Origin: an uncultured Spirochaetota bacterium
Lineage (GTDB): Bacteria > Bacteroidota > Bacteroidia > Bacteroidales > Bacteroidaceae
NCBI GenBank assembly: GCA_963639575.1
Contig: CAVHUR010000009.1
Coordinates: 1,477 to 65,476, forward strand
Direction: 5' to 3'
Length of the DNA stretch: 64,000 nt
Positions 56,608-64,000 of the stretch are shown here, piece after piece. The notes beneath the pieces are model-generated. The model was not told where the DNA came from, did no database searches, and saw only the letters and a program-made list of their open reading frames with translations. Position 1 is the first letter of the stretch. Each line of letters starts with the position of its first letter. The position numbers were made by a program, and so were the translations under genes.

Positions 56608-57447
56608 TTACTCCTCGGTGGTTGTTTCAGCCTGTGCAGGAGCCTCTGTCTCAGCCTGTGCGCTGTTGTCTTCTTTTCTTGCACGGCGTGTACGCTTCGG
56701 TTTTGCGTCGGCAACTTCCTCAGCCTGCTCTGCAGCGGCTTTCTCGTCAGCCTTCTCAACCTTGCGCTCCTCAAGACCTTCTGCTATAGCCTGGCAGCAA
56801 GCAGTGAGTATCACGTCAACCGAGTCCTTTGCGTCATCGTTTGCAGGAATTACGAAATCGATGTTGCGAGGATTGGAGTTGGTGTCAACGATACCGAACA
56901 CAGGTATGCCGAGACGCTTTGCCTCTTTTACCGCAATGTGCTCTTTTGTTACGTCAACTACGAACACTGCAGAAGGGAGACGGGTGAGGTCAGCGATAGA
57001 ACCGAGGTTCTTCTCGAGCTTTGCACGCTGACGTGTAATCTGAAGAAGCTCGCGCTTGTTGAGGTTGGAGAATGTTCCGTCGCTCATGAGCTTGTCGATG
57101 TTTGCCATCTTCTTCACTGCCTTGCGTATTGTAGGGAAGTTGGTGAGAGTACCACCAGCCCAACGCTCGTTAACGTATGGCATGTTTACGCTTGCTGCCT
57201 TCTCTGCTACGATGTCTTTAGCTTGCTTCTTTGTGGCAACAAACAATATCTTCTTGCCTGACTTTGCTATCTGCTTCAGAGCCTCGGCAGCCTCGTCAAC
57301 CTTAGCTACGGTCTTGTTGAGGTCGATGATATGAATGCCATTGCGCTCCATGAAGATATACGGAGCCATAGCCGGATTCCATTTGCGGCTGAGGTGACCG
57401 AAGTGCGCACCTGCCTGGAGTAACTGGTCAAAGTTTGTTCTTGACAT
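56608..57447 (-). CDS. rpsB: 30S ribosomal protein S2
   Basis: AGAHFGH...KWNP.M.PYIF, RWAGGTLTN, VDTN and IPANDD motifs. Confidence 0.98.
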   Translation of the reverse strand: MSRTNFDQLLQAGAHFGHLSRKWNPAMAPYIFMERNGIHIIDLNKTVAKVDEAAEALKQIAKSGKKILFVATKKQAKDIVAEKAASVNMPYVNERWAGGTLTNFPTIRKAVKKMANIDKLMSDGTFSNLNKRELLQITRQRAKLEKNLGSIADLTRLPSAVFVVDVTKEHIAVKEAKRLGIPVFGIVDTNSNPRNIDFVIPANDDAKDSVDVILTACCQAIAEGLEERKVEKADEKAAAEQAEEVADAKPKRTRRARKEDNSAQAETEAPAQAETTTEE

Positions 57448-57640
57448 AATTTCTTCTTTTGTTTTGTTTACTTTCTTTTTTAATTCTTTTCCGCCGAAAC
57501 CGTCAGATTCCGGCTTTGCTTAGAATCAGCCGGCGAGTAGCCATAGGGGTCTCTCCGGTTTAGATGCTAAACTGCAAGTCTCTGGTGTCGTATTTCCCAT
57601 ATCTCCACAAAGAGAATGTGCCGATAAAGGAAAAGCGGTA

Positions 57641-58027
57641 TTAACGCTTTGAGAACTGGAAACGACGACGTGCCTTTGGCTGACCTGGCTTCTTACGCTC
57701 AACAGCACGAGAATCGCGTGTGAGGAAACCCTGAGCCTTGAGTGTCTTCTTGTCTTCTGCGTTGACCTTTACAAGAGCTCTTGCGATAGCCATGCGCAGA
57801 GCCTGGCTCTGTCCGGTGAAGCCACCTCCGTCAAGATTGGCCTTGATGTCGTACTGACCTTCAACTCCGAGAGTCTGCAGAGGCTGCTTTACGACATACT
57901 GAAGGATTGCTGATGGGAAATATTTGGTGAGATCTACCTTGTTTATAGTGATCTTGCCGCTACCTTCTGAAAGGTATACACGAGCTACAGAGCTCTTGCG
58001 GCGACCTATTGCATTGATTAATTCCAT
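57641..58027 (-). CDS. rpsI: 30S ribosomal protein S9
   Basis: GRRKSSVARV, GGGFTGQ, LTRD.R.VERKK.G..KAR...QFSKR. Confidence 0.98.
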   Translation of the reverse strand: MELINAIGRRKSSVARVYLSEGSGKITINKVDLTKYFPSAILQYVVKQPLQTLGVEGQYDIKANLDGGGFTGQSQALRMAIARALVKVNAEDKKTLKAQGFLTRDSRAVERKKPGQPKARRRFQFSKR

Positions 58028-58038
58028 CTTGACTAAGG

Positions 58039-58500
58039 TTATTTGTACTGGTTAATATCAATTGCCTTTGGCTTCTGAGCCTCCTGATTGTGCTCTGTGC
58101 CGTTATAAATGTAAAGGTTGCCGAGCAACTGTCTGCCGAGCTTTCCCTTCGGAAGCATACCCTTTACTGCATGACGGAGAATCTTGTCCATGCCGTCCTC
58201 GCGTGTGCGAAGCTGTGCCGGAGAAGTGAAACGCTGTCCACCCGGATAGCCGGTGTAGCGAGTGTAAACTTTGTCGGTCTCCTTTTTGCCAGTGAACACG
58301 GCCTTCTTTGCGTTGATGATTATCACGTTGTCACCGCAGTCAACATGAGGAGTGAAAGTTGGTTTGTACTTTCCGCGGATCAGTTTTGCCACCTTTGAAG
58401 CAAGGCGTCCTATTACCTGATCGGTTGCGTCAACCACTACCCACTCTTTCTGAGCGGTTTCCTTGTTGACGGAAATCGTTTTGTAACTTAAAGTGTTCAT
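58039..58500 (-). CDS. rplM: 50S ribosomal protein L13
   Basis: WVVVDA..Q.IGRLAS, GKYKPTFTPHVDCGD, YTGYPGG and VKGMLP motifs. Confidence 0.98.
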   Translation of the reverse strand: MNTLSYKTISVNKETAQKEWVVVDATDQVIGRLASKVAKLIRGKYKPTFTPHVDCGDNVIIINAKKAVFTGKKETDKVYTRYTGYPGGQRFTSPAQLRTREDGMDKILRHAVKGMLPKGKLGRQLLGNLYIYNGTEHNQEAQKPKAIDINQYK

Positions 58501-58786
58501 CTTAAAATTTTCATTTTCGGAGTCGGTCTTGCGACTTGCCTCCTGTGCTACTAAAAAACTTAATCATTTCTATTGGTGCCTATCATCACCTTTCGTCTTG
58601 GATACAAGGTTTGCGGTGGAGAGACACCATATCTTCGGATGACGATTCACTAACCACTGCATTCGGCCAAAAATACAGCTATTAACACGTGCGGCCATGG
58701 GCTATTGTTAGTCAGATTCGCCCGTTATGGCACAATCCCCGGGGCTCTAAGCCTTCCCCGTAGTTGCAAAAACTGGTGCAAAGTTA
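58501..58786 (-). promoter_or_regulatory. Long 5' leader of rplM (candidate ribosomal-protein leader RNA) with -7 promoter
   Basis: TAACTTTG on the minus strand at 58779-58786, about 280 nt upstream of the ATG; no convincing ORF in between. Confidence 0.45.
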
Positions 58787-58906
58787 CTGTTTTTATGCGA
58801 TGTAGACATTTCTCGTCTACAGTAAAGATGTATTTTTATAAAATATTAACAGTCATCTTGTGGTCATTGACGTATAAAATCTTACGGCATACAGACCGTA
58901 CGATGC

Positions 58907-60715
58907 CTATTGTTTTGGATTTTTGCCGTTTTTGTAAGCGGATTCCATGAAATTTATAAAACTCTGATTTACTAATCTGACACCTCCTGGAGTGGGGAAG
59001 CGTCCGGAGAAATACCAGTCGCCAGGATGGTTTGGTATGGCTTTGTGCAGTCCTTCCAAACTTTGGAATACAATCTCTATGGGGGCGGTTACCTCTTCCG
59101 GACGTAAGATTTCCGCCATTTTTGCATTGAGTTCATCCGGCGTGAATGGTTCATAGATGTTTCTGACGGGATTTTGTATGTCTTCGTCGGATTTCGGAAG
59201 TTCTCTCTTGCATGCCTCGTAAGTGTCGTGCAGCAACTGTTCCATACCTCTTTCCTTTATGAGGGCGATGCATGCTTGGAATGCGATAAAGTCGCTTATC
59301 TTGGGCATGTCAATGCCGTAGAAGTCCGGGTAGCGTATTTGCGGGGCGGAACTAACGATGACAATCTTTTTGGGATGGAGCCTGTTCAGAATTCTTATTA
59401 TGCTTTCGCGGAGTGTGGTGCCGCGCACTATGCTGTCGTCAATCACGACGAGGTTGTCTTCGTAAGGGGTGAGTGAACCGGCGGTTATGTCATAGACGTG
59501 GGCGGCAAGGTCATTTCTGGAGTTGCCTTCGGTGATGAACGTGCGCAGTTTGATGTCCTTCCAGACAACCTTTTCGGTTCTGACATTGGGGAATATTTCC
59601 CTGATGCCCTCGACCATTCCGTAGTAGGCGATTTCAGCAGTGTTGGGGATGTATGTGAAAACCGTGTGTTCGACATCGTTGTCAATGGACTTCATTATCT
59701 GTCCGCACAGTTGTTTTCCAAGACGTTTTCTCTCCTGGTGGATGTCGATATCGTTGCCTCTGCTGAAATAGATGCGCTCAAAAGAACATGCGGAGAACTG
59801 CTTTTGCGGAATTATCTGCTTCAGCGACATCTTGCCATCCTGGGAGACGATGACAGCCTGACCAGGTGTTATCTCTCTGATGTCGTCGACCTGTAGGTCG
59901 AAAGTGGTCTGCAGGACTGGGCGTTCGCTTGCTATGGCGACAATTTCGTCGTCTGCATAATAAAAAGCAGGACGTATTCCCCAAGGGTCACGCATGGAGA
60001 ACAGTTCGCCGCTGCCGGTGATTCCGCAGACGACATAACCTCCGTCAAAATGCGGCATGCTGGTTTCCAATACTCGGGAAACGTCAACGTGGGTGTCGAT
60101 ATATGAGGTTATATCCGTTCCGGTCAGTCCCAACTCTTTCGCTGCGACGTAGTTGCGCTCGACTTCCCTGTCGAGACGGTGTCCCATGAGTTCCAGCATG
60201 ATGTAGCTGTCACTGTATATTCTGGGACATTGCCCTTGCTCTGTGAGCGTCTGGAACACTTCATTGATGTTGGTCATGTTGAAGTTTCCGCAGAGACAAA
60301 GGTTCTTGGCGCGCCAGTTGTTGCGCCTCAGGAAGGGATGGACATAGGCGAGACCGCCTTTTCCGGTGGTGGAATAACGCAAATGTCCCATGTAAAGTTC
60401 CCCGAGAAAACTGTTCTTGCCGTCGGGGTCATCGTCGTTTGAACTGTTCATTCGCTTGGCAATGGAACTGAAGACAGTGCTTATGGCGTCGCGTCCCTCT
60501 GCTTTCTCGCGGTACATATACTCGTTGCCGGGAGCTTTGTTCATGCTTACACATGCCACTCCAGCGCCTTCTTGTCCGCGGTTATGCTGCTTCTCCATCA
60601 TGAGATAGAGTTTGTTGAGTGCATATTTGTTCGTGCCATACTTCCGCTCATAGTACTCAAGCGGTTTGAGCAAGCGAATCATCGCTATGCCACATTCATG
60701 TTTGAGGGGTTCCAT
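58907..60715 (-). CDS. purF: Amidophosphoribosyltransferase
   Basis: KHECG, QHNRGQEGAG, GHLRYSTTG, RDPWGIRP, CSFERIYFSR and VIDDSIVRGTT motifs. Confidence 0.92.
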   Translation of the reverse strand: MEPLKHECGIAMIRLLKPLEYYERKYGTNKYALNKLYLMMEKQHNRGQEGAGVACVSMNKAPGNEYMYREKAEGRDAISTVFSSIAKRMNSSNDDDPDGKNSFLGELYMGHLRYSTTGKGGLAYVHPFLRRNNWRAKNLCLCGNFNMTNINEVFQTLTEQGQCPRIYSDSYIMLELMGHRLDREVERNYVAAKELGLTGTDITSYIDTHVDVSRVLETSMPHFDGGYVVCGITGSGELFSMRDPWGIRPAFYYADDEIVAIASERPVLQTTFDLQVDDIREITPGQAVIVSQDGKMSLKQIIPQKQFSACSFERIYFSRGNDIDIHQERKRLGKQLCGQIMKSIDNDVEHTVFTYIPNTAEIAYYGMVEGIREIFPNVRTEKVVWKDIKLRTFITEGNSRNDLAAHVYDITAGSLTPYEDNLVVIDDSIVRGTTLRESIIRILNRLHPKKIVIVSSAPQIRYPDFYGIDMPKISDFIAFQACIALIKERGMEQLLHDTYEACKRELPKSDEDIQNPVRNIYEPFTPDELNAKMAEILRPEEVTAPIEIVFQSLEGLHKAIPNHPGDWYFSGRFPTPGGVRLVNQSFINFMESAYKNGKNPKQ

Positions 60716-60973
60716 TGTTGATAGAGTTGTTGCGAATAACTGGTGCAAAGTTACAAATAATCCACGATATGGCAAGTGGCAAAATACATTTCCGAAGGAT
60801 TCACTTGTAATGATTGCAAAAAAAATGATTATTTCCAACGGTCAGTATAATCAGGTTTCTTTCTCTTTCTGACATAACGATGAACCCCGGAAGTCTTTGT
60901 CCGATTTTCGAGGCTCATTATGTCATTCTCGTGTCCCTTTGTCGTTCTACAGAGAATGCTTAGTCCTGTTGTC

Positions 60974-61110
60974 TTATTTGACGAGAACTTTTCTCACGCT
61001 TCCGTCGCTGTACTTCACGATGTTGATGTCCGCCTTAGTTACATCATATTCCACAAGGTTTTCAAAATCCCCCCAGGCATAAGCAAGTCTATATTTTTGA
61101 AAGTTTACAT
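60974..61110 (-). pseudogene. Collapsed remnant of an LRR/T9SS cargo gene 3' end
   Basis: Manual translation ...FQKYRLAYAWGDFENLVEYDVT-KADINIVKYSDGSVRKVLVK*: the end of an LRR_5-type domain fused to the tail of a T9SS CTD. No credible start codon or rest of gene. Confidence 0.6.
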
Positions 61111-61160
61111 TGCCAGAAGTATCTCTTCTGTGACAAAGAAGTTAGGTAAGGTTCAAAAAC

Positions 61161-61961
61161 TTATCTGATTTGTAATTTCGAAGGCTTAATCCCTATCTTT
61201 ATATTGTTGTCCAATTTATGAAGCTCGGAAATCTTTTTGTTGAGAAGTCTCTCTATTATGTCAAATTCCACAAGAGGGCCAATAATGATGGCACTTAAGC
61301 AATTCACGGGGATTTGCACCTCCGTATATGATATAGCCTTACCATTGTTGGTCTTTAATTTTGAATCGTTGCTTTTCACGAGAATACGCCACTCGTTCTC
61401 ATATGTCCAATGCCAATCCTTCAATTCGAATGCCTCAATTCTAAGGGAGGACAATAAATCCTTTTTCTTGGTATTTTCAGCCTCTCTCATCTCTTGATTC
61501 TTCCTTTGTATAAGTGTTTCAAGTTCCTGAGATTTTATGTATTGGCATTCCTTGAGAGACATATTTTGATGTTGGGATACATATTCTTCCAATTTTTTGA
61601 AATCAAAAACAAGGATTGCTCCATTTCCTTTGTTGCCATACATGCTCCACATTGGAATATATCCTGCATCCTTAGTCTTTGCATTAGATTTGCAAAGGGA
61701 TATGATGTACATTTCCCCTTCGTCCCTTTCCATCTGAGCATATAGTTTATGATATTTCGTCTTTATTTTAGACTCAGTAAAGAACTTATTGAGCAACATT
61801 GTGCCTTCAATCTTATCATTCATTTGGTAAGCATTGGTGGCATGAAAAGTAAAATAAAGGCGGTTGTCTTGTTCGTCATCTTTGCTTTTGCCTATACCAT
61901 TAAACAAGGTCACAAGCGTGTTCGTGCTTGTATAGTGATGGAGTGATGAAGGTTTGGCCAT
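61161..61961 (-). CDS. DUF2971-like protein (AT-rich, likely acquired)
   Basis: LHHYTS, MND..EG, YIISLC, PMWSMYG..G.G..L.FD, K...W.YENEWR and IIIGP motifs. Confidence 0.8.
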   Translation of the reverse strand: MAKPSSLHHYTSTNTLVTLFNGIGKSKDDEQDNRLYFTFHATNAYQMNDKIEGTMLLNKFFTESKIKTKYHKLYAQMERDEGEMYIISLCKSNAKTKDAGYIPMWSMYGNKGNGAILVFDFKKLEEYVSQHQNMSLKECQYIKSQELETLIQRKNQEMREAENTKKKDLLSSLRIEAFELKDWHWTYENEWRILVKSNDSKLKTNNGKAISYTEVQIPVNCLSAIIIGPLVEFDIIERLLNKKISELHKLDNNIKIGIKPSKLQIR

Positions 61962-62073
61962 AAGTTATCGTTGTAAAAGTTTTACCTATATGTCTTTACA
62001 TAAACGATATTGAGCAGACACTCCTCTTCGGGTGTTCAGGATGGGCACCTGCTCAATATAAAAGTCGTCAGCG

Positions 62074-63987
62074 TTATTTGATCAGCACTTTCTTTCCGTT
62101 TACGATATTTACACCATGCTTCAGAGCGTTGTGCTTTCTGCCTTCTAAGTCATAAATCGGATGCTTTGTGTTCAGACCTGCGTCCACATTACCAATGGAC
62201 GTATCTATGTTGGTTACGGCAACTCGTTTTACGATGTTGTCTGCGGCATTGTAATTATTGCTGCCTGATTGTGCCGCGGTGATGCGTGCGTTTCCTGCGG
62301 CCATACACTCAGCATACCACTTGCCGTTTGAAGAATAGATGTCAACCACCGCGGTATTGCTCGAAGAAAAGGACACCTTTAGGCCAGAAGAACTCGTTGC
62401 GGAAAGTTCTATAATGTCACCGACCTTGGCCTCTGCAAGTTCCTGTTCCCAAGTGATAGACTGGGAAGCCGGAACAATGTTTAGTATTCCTCTTTCGAAG
62501 GTGATGTCGTAGTTATAACTTGTGGCGTTTGAAGGAATTACCGGGTATGCGCCGACAGGTGACTCTTCTGTTGCAGTGGTTATCAACTGTACCTGTGTGT
62601 TCAGAACGTCTTGGGTTTCCCCATTGACAAATCCTATGTATGTGCATGAGAGTTCGGGGTTGGGTTGTCCATACTCTCTGGTAATGGTGTTGCCCATAAT
62701 GCTAAGTGGGGCCTTTTCGATGGTGTAGTCGTACGGCCAAGTCAAGTCACACGACCAGTCCTTGAGCGAAGCTACAAATGGTATGCCGGAATATGTACCT
62801 ACGTTCACGCCACATTTCGTAGAGTCCATTTTAATCTCTATTGCATCAGTATTGTTCACAAATGCAATCGTTTCGAGTGGCGACCTGCCTGAATATGTGA
62901 AATTGTTCACTGAGGGGAACGACATGAAATCTATTACGTTTTTTGCGGATTTCAGAGAGTCGACATACGACTCATTCCACTTCCACCAAGTTGGTATTCG
63001 TAGAGAGTCTTTGTTCCAAAAACAGTAATTTATGAGACATTCGCCATAGTAGTTTTTCATATTTAGCGTGTCACACAAGTATATCATTTTGCCTTTTCCT
63101 CTACTCCGTTGAAAATTCTTTTCTTCCGGTGTGAATACACCGACCTTTAAGTGATCGAATGAGTTTCCACTGGTGGTATTCCGAAAATATGTATTGTTCT
63201 CAAAATAGCCTTTGGACACAACCGTGTCACAGATGAATGCAGAATACCTGGAGCTAGAACTATAATCGTAATCCGCACCCGGTCCTTCACAATAGAGGAA
63301 TTTGACGCTATATGGGGTGGATACGGCGAGAACGGCAGATCCGTAAGGCTTTATACCGTTTTTCCCAATATGAAGATAATCCAGTTCGGGAAACGAACTG
63401 TAACTTATTTCGCAATATGTGTTAATCGACACGCTTTTCAAATTCGTGCAGCCGGTAAAAGCATTAGTGCCAATTTCCGAACATCCGCTCTCAACGGTCA
63501 AACTTGTAAAATGGTTGTAGCCATTAAAACAATCCGCACCTATATTCGAATTAAAGGTAACGTCTCCGCCTAAGGGTTCTCCGTCAAGATAAATGAGACA
63601 GCGTCTCGGCAGATTCTTGAAATTCCAATTTTCCCAATCTACAGGCGTGGAGATGTTAATTCTTTCCAACGAATTACTGCCCTCAATGTGATAAGGTCGA
63701 AAATATACTATGGTCGAAGGCAAAGTCAAGGACTTCAAATCCGGGCAATTTTTAAAGGGGTAACCATCCAAGTATTTCACAATATACTTTTTGCCATTAT
63801 AGGTTACCAATTCGGGAATGACAATGTCACCTGAATATCCATCATTAGAAGATGTTACTTTTGCGTAAGAATTACTGGTGTCAATCTCATAATTAATGCC
63901 GTCGATAATGACTTTAATATTAGAAAATGATTTTGCACTTGTGGTCAACAAAATCATCATCAAGAAAATAAAACGTTTAATAATCAT
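62074..63987 (-). CDS. LRR_5/MBG/Ig-like surface protein with T9SS CTD
   Basis: Signal peptide, IDGINY...YSGDIVIPE.VTYNGK.Y.V (LRR_5 cap), TREYGQPNPEL...Y.GFVNGE (MBG-like), SSSNTAVV, and CTD IYDLEGRK...GVNIVNGKKVLIK. Confidence 0.83.
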   Translation of the reverse strand: MIIKRFIFLMMILLTTSAKSFSNIKVIIDGINYEIDTSNSYAKVTSSNDGYSGDIVIPELVTYNGKKYIVKYLDGYPFKNCPDLKSLTLPSTIVYFRPYHIEGSNSLERINISTPVDWENWNFKNLPRRCLIYLDGEPLGGDVTFNSNIGADCFNGYNHFTSLTVESGCSEIGTNAFTGCTNLKSVSINTYCEISYSSFPELDYLHIGKNGIKPYGSAVLAVSTPYSVKFLYCEGPGADYDYSSSSRYSAFICDTVVSKGYFENNTYFRNTTSGNSFDHLKVGVFTPEEKNFQRSRGKGKMIYLCDTLNMKNYYGECLINYCFWNKDSLRIPTWWKWNESYVDSLKSAKNVIDFMSFPSVNNFTYSGRSPLETIAFVNNTDAIEIKMDSTKCGVNVGTYSGIPFVASLKDWSCDLTWPYDYTIEKAPLSIMGNTITREYGQPNPELSCTYIGFVNGETQDVLNTQVQLITTATEESPVGAYPVIPSNATSYNYDITFERGILNIVPASQSITWEQELAEAKVGDIIELSATSSSGLKVSFSSSNTAVVDIYSSNGKWYAECMAAGNARITAAQSGSNNYNAADNIVKRVAVTNIDTSIGNVDAGLNTKHPIYDLEGRKHNALKHGVNIVNGKKVLIK

Positions 63988-64000
63988 GGTCTGTTGTTTT

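Noticed and set aside
62000..62065. Integron attC site
   Set aside because: No convincing RYYYAAC/GTTRRRY core pair at the hairpin ends and no integron integrase.
1..64000. tRNA/rRNA genes, intact IS transposases, prophage genes
   Set aside because: None recognised by eye. A tRNAscan/Infernal/ISEScan run would be needed to exclude them fully.

Overview
This is a 64-kb chromosomal window from a Bacteroidales bacterium, most likely Prevotella-like. The assignment rests on TAnnTTTG -7 promoters, a porU-porV pair and Prevotella-type T9SS C-terminal signals. Housekeeping blocks are comM, rfbC, nadD-gmk-yicC, tsaB-murA-rimM-dxr-rseP, ispF-porV-porU, tsf-rpsB-rpsI-rplM and purF. Accessory modules lie between them: four T9SS-type surface proteins plus one remnant, three type II toxin-antitoxin pairs, two AAA+/DUF4143 ATPases plus one remnant, a PhoB/PhoR-like two-component system with two phosphate transporters, and a 7-gene envelope-modification operon (EptA, 2 acyltransferases, UbiA-type phosphoribosyltransferase, HAD, 2 DUF6080-like membrane proteins). 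Reading the DNA directly showed several things the ORF track misses. (i) Unlisted 52-53 aa 'KKYxxP' peptide ORFs lie immediately downstream of three T9SS cargo genes; two are identical except for a swapped 5-residue block. (ii) A ~0.96-kb direct duplication ends in a REP cluster. (iii) A family of GTAG-type REP hairpins with compensatory stem variants brackets most accessory modules, including a 176-bp BIME-like tandem array. (iv) Paralog-specific triple direct repeats with exact 33-bp period precede both AAA/DUF4143 genes. (v) An 11-bp-period Pho-box-like motif has identical spacing at the response regulator and PiT promoters. (vi) A homopolymer frameshift interrupts an AraC regulator. All family calls come from motif recognition by eye; no database searches were run.
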